A stretch of 53,595 bases of DNA, from the NCBI GenBank assembly GCA_030698695.1, contig JAUYMR010000012.1, positions 1-53,595 on the forward strand, read 5' to 3'. Under the pieces are notes generated by a model, which saw nothing but the letters and a program-made list of their open reading frames with translations, was not told the DNA's origin and did no database searches. Positions 8,832 to 18,413 of the stretch are shown here, piece by piece. Each line of letters opens with the position of its first letter. The stretch's first letter is position 1. The translations under genes and the position numbers were made by a program. The stretch comes from a bacterium (GTDB taxonomy: Bacteria; Patescibacteriota; Minisyncoccia; UBA6257; WO2-44-18).

Positions 8832-11003
8832 ATGTATCTTAAACGTCTAGAACTCATAGGTTTTAAATCGTTTGCCTCAAAAACCGTTTTGGATTTTCCC
8901 GGGGGTATTACGGCCGTGGTTGGTCCCAATGGTTCCGGCAAGACAAATGTAGTGGATTCTATCCGTTGGCTTCTCGGAGAGCGTGAGGCTAAAAATATTA
9001 GAGGCGCTAAAGTTGAAGATCTTATTTTTGCCGGCACTCCGCAACGTTCCAGGGTCGGCATGGCTCAAGCTACAATCATCTTTGACAATAGTAGTCGTTT
9101 TTTCCCAGTTGATTATGCCGAAGTGGCCATTAGTCGTCGCGTTACCAGAGATGGGACATCGGAATATTATTTAAACGAAGGTCAAGTTCGTTTAAAAGAT
9201 ATTATAGATTTTTTTGCGAAATCGCGTCTTGGTACTAGGGGGTTTTCTATCATCGGTCAGGGCAATAGCGATATTTTTGTCAGAGCCACGGCCAAAGAGA
9301 GGCGAGCTATGTTGGAGGAAATTTTAGGATTAAGACAATTTCAACTGCGCAAACATGAGGCAGAGCGCAAATTGGAAAATACCAGAATCAACTTGGATAA
9401 GGTGCGGGTTATGGTTGAGGAATTGGCGCCTCATTTGAGATTATTACGTCGCCAAACAGCCAAATGGGAAAAACAAGAAGAATTGCAAAAAGAGATGAGT
9501 GAGCTGGAAAATGCTTACTTTAGTTTTAGGTTGAGCCAGATAAATCAGGACAATAAAGAGTTTGAGCCTCAAGTGCGTGAGTTAGATAGAAAAATTAATG
9601 AACTGTTCAAAGAATTAAAAAATCTTCAAGCAAATCTAAAAAAAGTAGAAGAAGAGCAGCCCAAAAATGAAAATAATTTAGAGCTACAAAGTAAGCAGAA
9701 CGATATTTTAACGAAGCGCGCCAATTTACAAAAAGAACTGGGTCGTCTTGAGGCCGAGGTGGAGTTTCTATTAACTAAAGCCAATGATCAAACTAAAGAA
9801 GATGATCTGTTGTTGCTTATCACCGAGACCAAGAAAACTATTACCGATGTTCTTAATGATGATGATATTATAAATTTGAAAAAATCTCTCAGAGGATTAG
9901 TGGAGAAAATTGATGATTTATTGGGTTTTGGATCAAGAATTGTAGAATCTCGCAAAAAAGATTTGGAAGAGTCAAAGATAAACATTGTTAAGGAGTTGGA
10001 ATCGTTAGATGAACAATTAAAGACATTGCGATATGAGGGCGAGTCATTCGCCGCCAGATTAAGTGATTTTAATCAAGTTTTTAAAAAAGCATTTAGTTTG
10101 GTGGAAGAGAAAAAAATAGCCATAGCCGAACTGAATAATCAGAAAAATCAATTGCTTTTTGGTCAGGAAAGAATAAATATCCGCCGCCAAGAAGTGGAGA
10201 ATCAAATTGCTCAGACTGGAAGAAAGTTGGAAGAATTTAATATGACTCCGCCGGATGAGTTGGATATACCAGCGACGGAGCGCAGAATTTTTAAGTTGCG
10301 AGCAGAGCTGGCCGGTATTGGCGAGATTGACGAATCTTTAATTAAAGAAGCCCAAGAAACTGAAAACCGCCATAATTTTCTAGTTGTTCAATCTCAGGAT
10401 TTAGAGAAGGCGTCATCGGATTTACATAAATTAATTAGGGAATTAGATGATAAAATCCATAATGAATTTACCAACTCCCTCAAGGCCATAAATGATGAAT
10501 TCAACAAATATTTTAGACTTATGTTCGGTGGCGGCAAAGCTCGTATGCATTTGCAAAAGCTAGAGGCTGAGCGTGAGATGTTGGAAGGTGGTGAAGTGGG
10601 ATTGGAAAACGGCCAAGCCGATGAAGATGCCGATCATAAAGTTGACCATGGTGGCATAGATATAGAATTAGCCATTCCGCAAAAACGTATAAGCGGTTTG
10701 GATATGCTTTCTGGCGGAGAAAAAAGTCTAGTTTCCATAGCGGCGTTGTTCGCCTTGATTTCAGTCAGTCCGCCACCATTCTTGGTGTTAGACGAAGTAG
10801 ACGCCGCTTTAGATGAGCGCAATACTAAAAGATTCGCGACTCTTATTAAAGATTTTTCCAAAAAAACCCAATTTTTGTTAGTAACTCATAATCGCGCCAC
10901 TATGGAGGCGGCGGATATATTGTATGGAGTGACGATGGGGGAAGATGGGACGTCCCGCGTTTTGTCCCTTAAATTGGAAGAACGAGCCATGTCAGAAAAG
11001 TAA
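8832..11003 (+). CDS. smc: SMC-family chromosome segregation ATPase, short form without recognisable hinge
   Basis: N-terminal head FKSF..GPNGSGKTN..DSIRWLLGE and C-terminal LSGGEKSL..LDEVDAALD. Only 723 aa, with coiled-coil-like sequence between the heads. Confidence 0.85.
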   Translation: MYLKRLELIGFKSFASKTVLDFPGGITAVVGPNGSGKTNVVDSIRWLLGEREAKNIRGAKVEDLIFAGTPQRSRVGMAQATIIFDNSSRFFPVDYAEVAISRRVTRDGTSEYYLNEGQVRLKDIIDFFAKSRLGTRGFSIIGQGNSDIFVRATAKERRAMLEEILGLRQFQLRKHEAERKLENTRINLDKVRVMVEELAPHLRLLRRQTAKWEKQEELQKEMSELENAYFSFRLSQINQDNKEFEPQVRELDRKINELFKELKNLQANLKKVEEEQPKNENNLELQSKQNDILTKRANLQKELGRLEAEVEFLLTKANDQTKEDDLLLLITETKKTITDVLNDDDIINLKKSLRGLVEKIDDLLGFGSRIVESRKKDLEESKINIVKELESLDEQLKTLRYEGESFAARLSDFNQVFKKAFSLVEEKKIAIAELNNQKNQLLFGQERINIRRQEVENQIAQTGRKLEEFNMTPPDELDIPATERRIFKLRAELAGIGEIDESLIKEAQETENRHNFLVVQSQDLEKASSDLHKLIRELDDKIHNEFTNSLKAINDEFNKYFRLMFGGGKARMHLQKLEAEREMLEGGEVGLENGQADEDADHKVDHGGIDIELAIPQKRISGLDMLSGGEKSLVSIAALFALISVSPPPFLVLDEVDAALDERNTKRFATLIKDFSKKTQFLLVTHNRATMEAADILYGVTMGEDGTSRVLSLKLEERAMSEK

Positions 11004-11053
11004 TTATAATAAAACCCCTTAATAACGTGAAGAATATTTGCTATACTTTAATT

Positions 11054-13981
11054 ATGAAAAAGATATTTGTTATAGCGAGTGCATTGTTATTGAGTGGGGC
11101 TTCTTTCGCGGTCATGGCTCAGACGGCTGGCGAGAGTCAGACTGCCGATCCGATAAGTTTTATCAATGGCTCGGTGGATAATTTGCCATCGGTTATTTCA
11201 TCCGACGGGGTAGAAAGTTGTTTTGATAGCTACCCCTATGGGCAAGTTTCTTTTATTGATTCCAGAACTGACAAAGGATATTATCAGCCGGGAGATGCCG
11301 TTATCGCCACCGGCGTTCTCAGCAATCGTTCATCGGTGCCAGTTTCTGACGCGGCTATTTTTACACAGCTTTATTATGTTGTTAAAAATCTAGATGGCAG
11401 CATCACATCCCATTTAATTGATGCCACTAAAGCTTTTGATAATATTTTTGTGGGAGCTAACGATCAAAGTCAATTTTTGTATGAATATTCATTGCCAGAA
11501 TGGTTGCCAGCTGGAATTTACAGATTAGCGTCGTTTTTAGTGGTGAGCGAGCAGTATAATCTCGCCGGACTATCTTTTGCTCCGGATATTTATGGAGATC
11601 TGCAATCGTTTAAAATACAATCAGAACAATCTTTTGATTTGCCATATTTTGATATAAACAAATCAATTGTCGGCGGCAAGCTATATTCTCGCGACTTGCC
11701 ATCTTTGGCCGTTGAGGAATCGCCGGTGCTTGTACAGATGCCCTTATTGAATCCTGGCACCAACGCCAAGACCGTGGAGGTAATCAAAAAACTTTATCAT
11801 TGGGACGATATAGCTACGAAAAATTTTATCAGTGAAGAAAAGCAAGTTCTTAATCTGGATGCTGGCGGACAAAAGCTTATTCCTTTTACTACTCAACAGT
11901 TGGATGGCGGTACTTATATGGTTACTTTTACCGCTATAGACGTAGATGGTGGCCAAACTATTAGCAGAGTGCGCTTCAGCATACCCGGTAATAGAGTCCG
12001 TTTGATCTATTCTGGTTTATCCAATATACCATCAACTAAAGATGAACAAGCGTCCATAACCACTTGTTTTGCCAACGAAACTAATTTATCAAACGAAGAT
12101 ATCGGCAATAATATTAAAGTAACGTTGTTTGATAAGAGCGGCGATAGCTTATCATCGTTTTCTAGAGAGGTGTCGGCTTTTTCCAGTGATGTGGGATCAT
12201 GGGTTGAAGATTTTCAATACGGAGGCGACAAGCAACAAGATCTAACTCTGGTTGTGCAGCTTTATCAAGGAAATAAATTATTAGATGAAGTTAGGACGTA
12301 TTATCCGGCGCCCAAAAATTATCTGATAATTATACTTGTAGGCGTAGCCATATTATTATTGGGTTTAGTTTATGTGTTATATAAGCGACGTCGTTTTAGT
12401 GGGGCCACGACCATATCTTTATTGTTATTGATCAGCGTTTCTTTGTTGCTAGGCGGCTCATCGGTTGCTCAAGCGGCTTCCGATAGCTTCACGTTTCGCG
12501 CTAGAATAGGTGGTGCCGCGCAAGCGACATTCGGCATAAATACGTCAATAGATTTATTTAGTCCAGATGGCCTTTGGTATCCGGGAAATAGTTATTTTTT
12601 GGATTATGACAGGACCGCGGAATATAACGCCATTGGCGGATCTTTTGATAGTCCGCCCATGAACTATGCCAACACAGAACTTTATTCCAGAAGAAGTTTG
12701 CAGTATTCTTTACAGCCACTTGGTAATTTTATAGAAGAAGAGACTTATAATTATTTTGTGGACGCCACCTATGGTTCATTTGAAATGTCGGGGACCCCTC
12801 AGAAATGTCTTAGAGATAATTCTGGCAATAGATATTGCATGGGTATAGCCAGACGCGTTAGTACGGGCACCTATCATCCAGTTTTGTTAACTAGAAGTTA
12901 TAATTGGGATAATGCCTATGTTCGTTTTTGGCCCAGTGTGATCGCTACTAGCCCCGACAACTTTTATTTAGATATCCGCCTATCCAAAAGTGATGAATTA
13001 ATTGCCGACAATCTAGTCAATGATGATTTGGGGGTTATCTGCAGTCCAGAAAATTTTAGATGTGAAGTATCTCCAACGGCCAGGCCGGGCAATGTGGTTA
13101 TTACTTGGCGCATGACTTTGGGTGCGGCGACTCATAATTATAAGATTATGTATTATGGTAGATCGGCAATTTCCGGCGCTCTTGGTTACTGGTATCTAGC
13201 TGATTTCGGCGCTGATATAGTTCCGCAGGAAGGTAATCTGCCTAGAGTTTTAGAAACATCTACCGTGATTACTATAGCCAACGCTAATCCCGCTCCGCCT
13301 GGCGCGCCGTTTTTACAGGGTATCAATATTGAGCCGTGGGCTCCTTGTGGCGGTTCGGTTTATCTTAGTTGGTCAGCTCCAACCAGTGGCGGCGCCATAG
13401 AAGGTTATAGGGTTTTTCGTGATGGCAGACAGATTACTACTACCGGTCAAACTAATTATTTAGATTCTGGCCTAACTTCGGATACGATATATTCGTATGT
13501 GGTTAGGGCGTATAATTCCGTTGGTAATTCCATGCCTTCCAATACCGTTACTATTTTAGCATCTGGCAATTGTGTATCGGGGCCGCCGAGTGGAGGTGGT
13601 GGTGGAGTTGGGGGTTTGGAAGCTATAAACGTTGCTCCAGAGGCCAATTGTGAGACTATTTATCTTCGTTGGCCCGCGTATAGCGCCTCTGAAGGCTATA
13701 GGATTTTCAGAGAAACCAGTCGCGCGCCGGCAACTCAGATTGGAGCCATAGGCCCCTTGCAGAATCCGGGATTTCTTGATGATACTGGGCTGAATCCGAG
13801 AACGCTCTATAGGTATTTTATTGAGGCGTTTAACTCTTTTGGAGTTACCCGATCTAATACAACTCCATACACAAGTCCGTCCGTTGATAATTGCGGGGTT
13901 CGTCCACCTGATGGTGGTAACGGCGGCGGAGGAGGAGGGGCAAGTTCTACCCAGCCAGATATACGAGAGACTAACCCTTAG
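11054..13981 (+). CDS. Large secreted/membrane surface protein with C-terminal FN3-like repeats
   Basis: Signal peptide MKKIFVIASALLLSGASFAVMA and an internal hydrophobic hairpin. Two FN3-like units (GYRVFRDG.., GYRIFRET..) are separated by Gly runs. Confidence 0.7.
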   Translation: MKKIFVIASALLLSGASFAVMAQTAGESQTADPISFINGSVDNLPSVISSDGVESCFDSYPYGQVSFIDSRTDKGYYQPGDAVIATGVLSNRSSVPVSDAAIFTQLYYVVKNLDGSITSHLIDATKAFDNIFVGANDQSQFLYEYSLPEWLPAGIYRLASFLVVSEQYNLAGLSFAPDIYGDLQSFKIQSEQSFDLPYFDINKSIVGGKLYSRDLPSLAVEESPVLVQMPLLNPGTNAKTVEVIKKLYHWDDIATKNFISEEKQVLNLDAGGQKLIPFTTQQLDGGTYMVTFTAIDVDGGQTISRVRFSIPGNRVRLIYSGLSNIPSTKDEQASITTCFANETNLSNEDIGNNIKVTLFDKSGDSLSSFSREVSAFSSDVGSWVEDFQYGGDKQQDLTLVVQLYQGNKLLDEVRTYYPAPKNYLIIILVGVAILLLGLVYVLYKRRRFSGATTISLLLLISVSLLLGGSSVAQAASDSFTFRARIGGAAQATFGINTSIDLFSPDGLWYPGNSYFLDYDRTAEYNAIGGSFDSPPMNYANTELYSRRSLQYSLQPLGNFIEEETYNYFVDATYGSFEMSGTPQKCLRDNSGNRYCMGIARRVSTGTYHPVLLTRSYNWDNAYVRFWPSVIATSPDNFYLDIRLSKSDELIADNLVNDDLGVICSPENFRCEVSPTARPGNVVITWRMTLGAATHNYKIMYYGRSAISGALGYWYLADFGADIVPQEGNLPRVLETSTVITIANANPAPPGAPFLQGINIEPWAPCGGSVYLSWSAPTSGGAIEGYRVFRDGRQITTTGQTNYLDSGLTSDTIYSYVVRAYNSVGNSMPSNTVTILASGNCVSGPPSGGGGGVGGLEAINVAPEANCETIYLRWPAYSASEGYRIFRETSRAPATQIGAIGPLQNPGFLDDTGLNPRTLYRYFIEAFNSFGVTRSNTTPYTSPSVDNCGVRPPDGGNGGGGGGASSTQPDIRETNP

Positions 13982-14039
13982 TAATGGTAGTCGGCCCGCC
14001 TATTGCGGGCCGGTTATTAATTTGTTATTATAATCTGTA

Positions 14040-14396
14040 ATGTTAGCTATCAAATTTCGCCGCGTAGGCAAAAAACATCAAGCCAGTTTTCACGTAGTGG
14101 TTGATCCCAAGAGGACCAAATTATTGGGTGAGAATGTTGAGGACTTGGGTTGGTATAATCCTCATACAAAAAAACACGCGCTTAAAGCCGATCGTGTTTT
14201 ATATTGGATAAAAAATGGCGCTCAACCGACACCATCGGTCAATAATTTATTGATTAATGCTGGAATCATAGAGGGGTCTAAATTGCCAGTTCATAAAAAA
14301 TCTAAAAAATCCGAGGAAGAAAATGCCGCTCCAGCAACAGAAATGATTTCTAGATCTGTTTCGGCAGAGCCGGCTGCAGAGGAGAAACCAGTTTAA
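14040..14396 (+). CDS. rpsP: 30S ribosomal protein S16 with C-terminal extension
   Basis: MLAIKFRRVGKKHQASF..WYNP.. is typical of S16, followed by an acidic/Ala-rich tail. Confidence 0.9.
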   Translation: MLAIKFRRVGKKHQASFHVVVDPKRTKLLGENVEDLGWYNPHTKKHALKADRVLYWIKNGAQPTPSVNNLLINAGIIEGSKLPVHKKSKKSEEENAAPATEMISRSVSAEPAAEEKPV

Positions 14397-14524
14397 TAAT
14401 AGTAGTTGCGTGATTTTTTGAAATAAAATAGTTTGCACTGGATATAGTAGATATTGACAAAATCATTGTTATTTGATACAATAAAGACAATAAAAAAGGT
14501 CGTTAGAAATGAAAGAAAGAATAT

Positions 14525-14812
14525 ATGGCAAAAGCAACTGATCAGGAGTTTCTAGAATATCTTGTTAAGTCTATAGTTGATCATCCAGACGATGTTAAGG
14601 TTGATCGTAAAGTAGATGAGATGGGGGTATTGCTATCTTTGCAAGTCAACCCTCAAGATATGGGTCAGGTAGTTGGTCGCCAAGGCGCTACCGCTAAATC
14701 CATTCGCTCTCTTTTAAGAATAGTTGGCATTAAAAACAATGCTCGCGTTAATCTTAAAATAGAAGAGCCGGAAGGTTCCACCAGAGTTCCTCGCGTTGAA
14801 AATCGCGAATAG
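14525..14812 (+). CDS. KH-domain RNA-binding protein (YlqC/UPF0109 family)
   Basis: GRQGATAKSIRSLL GxxG KH motif and the conserved position after rpsP. Confidence 0.85.
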   Translation: MAKATDQEFLEYLVKSIVDHPDDVKVDRKVDEMGVLLSLQVNPQDMGQVVGRQGATAKSIRSLLRIVGIKNNARVNLKIEEPEGSTRVPRVENRE

Positions 14813-14833
14813 TAACAACTCTTGAGGACTCAA

Positions 14834-14866
14834 TACCAAAATCCCCGCTTAGCGGGGATTTTGGTA
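14834..14866 (+). terminator. Hairpin terminator after the KH gene
   Basis: Perfect 16-bp stem ATACCAAAATCCCCGC/GCGGGGATTTTGGTAT. Confidence 0.7.
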
Positions 14867-14868
14867 TT

Positions 14869-14890
14869 TAAGGTCTTGCGATGGCCTTAG
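14869..14890 (+). repeat. REP-like palindrome, copy 1 (TAAGGTCTTGCGATGGCCTTAG)
   Basis: 7-bp stem TAAGGYC/GGCCTTA with loop TTGCGAT, immediately upstream of the RAYT-like gene. Confidence 0.8.
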
Positions 14891-14910
14891 GTGGAATGTT
14901 AGATTAAAAT

Positions 14911-15606
14911 ATGGCGAAAAAGGTAGTCGGGCAAATATATCATGTATTGAATAGAGGAGTAGATAAAAGGGATATATTCCTTGATGATGAGGACCGCTTT
15001 CGGTTTGTTCACGATCTATTTGAGTTCAATGACGTGGCGCCCATAAATAATGTTAAATATTATTTCAACCAAACTTCTAAGGCCATCGCAAGGCCTTATA
15101 TCAATGTCGAGAGGAGGCCGCGAAAATTATTGGTAGAGATCTTGGCATTTTGCATGATGACTAATCATTATCATTTATTATTGCGTCCACTTTCAGACAA
15201 CGGTATTACTCATTTCATGAAGCGTCTTAACATGGGGTATGCTCATTATTTTAATTTAAAATATCAACGTAGTGGTGCGCTATTCCAAGGAAGATATAAA
15301 TCCGTACACGTTGTTAATGATGCCCATTTCATTCATCTGCCTTATTATATTCATTTAAATCCCCTTGATCTTTATATGCCCAGATGGCGAGAAAGAGAGA
15401 TTTCTAATTATCAACAAGCTTTGAAATTTTTAAAAAAATATCGTTGGAGTAGTCATTTGGACTATATGGGTATTAAAAATTTACCATCAGTAACCCAAAG
15501 AGGCTTTTTGTTAAAATTTTGGGATAATAGCCAATATGAGAATGGTTTGATAGAATGGTTGAAATCAATAGAGCTTCAAGATATGAACCCGATGCTTTTA
15601 GAATAA
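14911..15606 (+). CDS. IS200-like Y1 HUH transposase, REP-associated tyrosine transposase (RAYT)-like
   Basis: HUH motif NHYHLLL and catalytic Tyr context FQGRYKS; 231 aa. Bracketed by two copies of the same palindrome. Confidence 0.8.
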   Translation: MAKKVVGQIYHVLNRGVDKRDIFLDDEDRFRFVHDLFEFNDVAPINNVKYYFNQTSKAIARPYINVERRPRKLLVEILAFCMMTNHYHLLLRPLSDNGITHFMKRLNMGYAHYFNLKYQRSGALFQGRYKSVHVVNDAHFIHLPYYIHLNPLDLYMPRWREREISNYQQALKFLKKYRWSSHLDYMGIKNLPSVTQRGFLLKFWDNSQYENGLIEWLKSIELQDMNPMLLE

Positions 15607-15607
15607 T

Positions 15608-15630
15608 TTAAGGCCTTGCGATGGCCTTAA
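15608..15630 (+). repeat. REP-like palindrome, copy 2 (TTAAGGCCTTGCGATGGCCTTAA)
   Basis: Same stem and loop as copy 1, in the same loop orientation, immediately downstream of the RAYT-like gene. Confidence 0.8.
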
Positions 15631-15641
15631 ATTAGACAACT

Positions 15642-16295
15642 ATGAAGTTTGATATAATTACAATTTTTCCGAAGATATTTGATTCCTATTTTAAAGAATC
15701 TATTTTAAAGCGTGCCCAAGAAAATCGGCTTATTAAAATTATTACTCATAATTTACGTGACTATACAACTGACAAACATCGCAAAGTTGACGATAGGCCT
15801 TATGGCGGCGGTCCGGGGATGGTGCTGCAGGTGGAGCCGATTTGCAGGGCAGTATCAAGCATCAAGCACAAAGCGTCAAGAAAAAAATCTATTAAAATTA
15901 GAGTGATTTTATTTTCTACTCGCGGCAAAAAATTTGATTCTAAAACAGCCAAGAGACTATCTAAATATGACCAATTAATATTAATATGTGGGCGTTATGA
16001 GGGCGTGGATGAGCGCGTGGCTAAATATATTGCCGATGAAGAAATATCCATAGGGGATTATGTATTATCTGGCGGAGAATTGCCGGCCATGATTTTAGTG
16101 GATGCGGTTTCGCGACAGATACCGGGTGTTTTGGGAAAATATGAATCCTTAGAAGAAATAAAGGGAAGCTATCCTGTCTATACTAGGCCGGAGATATTTA
16201 AATTCAAGAAAAGATCAGAAACGAAAACAGTCAAAGTCCCCAAGGTTCTTTTATCCGGTTCTCACAAAGAAATTGACAAATGGCGTAGTGGATAA
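15642..16295 (+). CDS. trmD: tRNA (guanine37-N1)-methyltransferase
   Basis: FDIITIFP.., [17 protein letters not shown] and [11 protein letters not shown] motifs. Confidence 0.95.
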   Translation: MKFDIITIFPKIFDSYFKESILKRAQENRLIKIITHNLRDYTTDKHRKVDDRPYGGGPGMVLQVEPICRAVSSIKHKASRKKSIKIRVILFSTRGKKFDSKTAKRLSKYDQLILICGRYEGVDERVAKYIADEEISIGDYVLSGGELPAMILVDAVSRQIPGVLGKYESLEEIKGSYPVYTRPEIFKFKKRSETKTVKVPKVLLSGSHKEIDKWRSG

Positions 16296-16331
16296 TAGCC
16301 TTTGGGTAGTCCATTTACAAAGGAGATCGGC

Positions 16332-16649
16332 ATGTTCGGAGTCACTATGTCTCTGGCGGTTGTTATGGTGAGCGTGCTTTTACTTGCTTTCCTTTTTATA
16401 CCAGGGGCATCTAAAGAAATGCAAATGCCGCGAGAAACGTTGTTAATGAGTGGACTGATTTTTGTAAGTGCGGGTATTATTTTGGGCGCAGTCTGTGCTT
16501 TGGTGGATTTCGATTTAGACCATTTGACGTGGCTTATTGCTATGGCGATGACGAGTTCTACGTGCATGACGTTCGGCGTTGTTGTGATTTGTGCTTGGTG
16601 GGTTAGGCGAGTAGTAGAGCGGGCCGAGATCAAGAAGGATGGTGAATAA
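16332..16649 (+). CDS. Small integral membrane protein (about 3 TM)
   Basis: AAAGGAG SD before ATG 16332, hydrophobic segments and a terminator downstream. Preferred over the antisense ORF 16262..16633. Confidence 0.55.
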   Translation: MFGVTMSLAVVMVSVLLLAFLFIPGASKEMQMPRETLLMSGLIFVSAGIILGAVCALVDFDLDHLTWLIAMAMTSSTCMTFGVVVICAWWVRRVVERAEIKKDGE

Positions 16650-16662
16650 TAAATAAATTCAT

Positions 16663-16689
16663 ACTCCCATATTGAAATGGGAGTTTTTA
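16663..16689 (+). terminator. Rho-independent terminator
   Basis: ACTCCCATattgaaATGGGAGT followed by TTTT. Confidence 0.75.
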
Positions 16690-16767
16690 ATACATCAATT
16701 ATTATATTTTTGTTATGCTTATTGTATAGATTAACTTAAAAGGTCGCTTAATAGTACTTGGTGTATT

Positions 16768-16974
16768 ATGCTTAAAAATTGGAATCATGATTTGGTCCAT
16801 CAATTATCGGAAACTTCTGATGGTTTATGGCGTATTGAAGATTATATAAAAAATTCTCAGGGTTGCGATCATTGTATAAAAATGTGGAATGAAGTCAAAG
16901 ATAATTTGGAAAAAATATCTGAATCTCTTGTTGAGGAGATTGGACGACATTATCAGGAAAATAGATTTGAATAG
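16768..16974 (+). CDS. Hypothetical small protein (68 aa, CDHC motif)
   Basis: Isolated ORF with helical-looking sequence. No family recognised. Confidence 0.45.
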   Translation: MLKNWNHDLVHQLSETSDGLWRIEDYIKNSQGCDHCIKMWNEVKDNLEKISESLVEEIGRHYQENRFE

Positions 16975-17043
16975 GGCGGGCTTAAAACCCCTATTTTATA
17001 ATGGAGATTTTATAATCACGACCTAGCTGTTATAATTATTATT

Positions 17044-18393
17044 ATGAAATTAACTTTTAATGGTGGCGCTAAGGTTGTCACGGGCGCAAATTATTTATTG
17101 GAATCGGGAGATTGCAAAATTTTGATTGATTGCGGTTTGCATCAAGGCGGAAGTTTTTGCGAAAAACATAACTTTGAGCCATTTGTCTACAACCCCAAAG
17201 AAATTAGAGCTGTTTTTGTAACTCATGCCCATATTGATCACACCGGATTGTTGCCCAAGCTAATTAAAGAGGGGTTTAAAGGGAAAATTTATTCTACGGC
17301 GCCCACCAAAGATTTTGCCGAGCTTTTATTGATAGATTCGGAACACATTTTAGTAGAGGAAGCGCAGCGTCTTAAAAAGCCAGTTATTTATACGACTCGT
17401 GATATTGAAGATTTGATGACTAGATGGGAAGGAATCAATTATCACGAAACTGTGACTGTGGGACCGTTTAAAATTACTTTGTATAATGCGGGTCATATTT
17501 TGGGATCCAGTTTTATTGAAATAGTTGTTGAGAATAAAAAGATTATTTTTTCAGGCGATCTTGGCAATTCCCCGGCTCCGATCATTGGAGCTAGAGAGAA
17601 TCCCCCCGAAGATGTAGATTATTGCCTGATGGAGTCCACGTATGGCGGTCGCGTTCATGAAGCCATGGACAAACGTAAGGGTGTACTGGAAGATGTTATT
17701 GAGGACACTATTAATGCCGGCGGCAATTTAATGATCCCAGCTTTTGCCATGGAACGCACTCAAGATTTCCTGTTTGAATTAAATGATTTAGTTGAGCATG
17801 GCCGCATTCCCAAAGCGCCGATATTTTTAGATAGTCCTTTGGCTATAAAATTAACAGCGGTTTATAAAAAATATCATGATTATTTTAATGAGACAGCTAA
17901 AAAGCTTATCAAATCCGGCGATGCTATTTTTAATTTTCCCGGATTGAAAATGACGTTAACTACGCAGGAATCAAAATCTATAAATGAGGTTAAGCCCCCC
18001 AAGATAATAATTGCCGGTTCGGGTATGTCTACGGCCGGCCGCATTCTTCATCACGAAAGACGTTATTTGCCAGATCCCAAAAGCACGTTGTTGATTATCG
18101 GCTATCAATCTTATGGCTCTTTGGGTAGAAAGATTTTAGACGGCGACAAGAAAGTTAAAATTTTAGGCGAAGAAGTTGTCGTAAGAGCTAAAATAGCTAG
18201 CGTTACTGGTTATTCGGCCCATGCCGATCAGCCACAATTATTAGAATGGTTGAGGCCTATGCGCCAATCATTGAAAAAGATATTTTTAATCCAGGGAGAA
18301 GAATCGCAAATGGAGGCGTTGGCTTTGAAAGTTAAAGATCAATACGCTATTAATATTGAAGCGCCCGAGCCGGCATATTCAGTTGACCTTTGA
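17044..18393 (+). CDS. MBL-fold beta-CASP RNA-metabolising hydrolase (RNase J/CPSF-like)
   Basis: HAHIDHTG metallo-beta-lactamase motif, a beta-CASP region and a C-terminal ..GYSAHAD.. motif. Confidence 0.85.
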   Translation: MKLTFNGGAKVVTGANYLLESGDCKILIDCGLHQGGSFCEKHNFEPFVYNPKEIRAVFVTHAHIDHTGLLPKLIKEGFKGKIYSTAPTKDFAELLLIDSEHILVEEAQRLKKPVIYTTRDIEDLMTRWEGINYHETVTVGPFKITLYNAGHILGSSFIEIVVENKKIIFSGDLGNSPAPIIGARENPPEDVDYCLMESTYGGRVHEAMDKRKGVLEDVIEDTINAGGNLMIPAFAMERTQDFLFELNDLVEHGRIPKAPIFLDSPLAIKLTAVYKKYHDYFNETAKKLIKSGDAIFNFPGLKMTLTTQESKSINEVKPPKIIIAGSGMSTAGRILHHERRYLPDPKSTLLIIGYQSYGSLGRKILDGDKKVKILGEEVVVRAKIASVTGYSAHADQPQLLEWLRPMRQSLKKIFLIQGEESQMEALALKVKDQYAINIEAPEPAYSVDL

Positions 18394-18413
18394 TTTGATA
18401 TAATAAATAAATC

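Larger units (their letters stand above)
14869..15630 (+). mobile_element. RAYT-like gene plus flanking REP-like palindromes, inserted in the rpsP-KH-trmD operon
   Basis: Transposase-family ORF bounded by near-identical 20-nt palindromes. It occupies the slot where rimM usually lies. Confidence 0.65.

Noticed and set aside
16262-16633. 123-aa minus-strand ORF antisense to the small membrane protein gene.
   Set aside because: It overlaps the trmD 3' end and has no SD. The plus-strand frame has AAAGGAG before its ATG, TM-like hydrophobicity and a downstream terminator.
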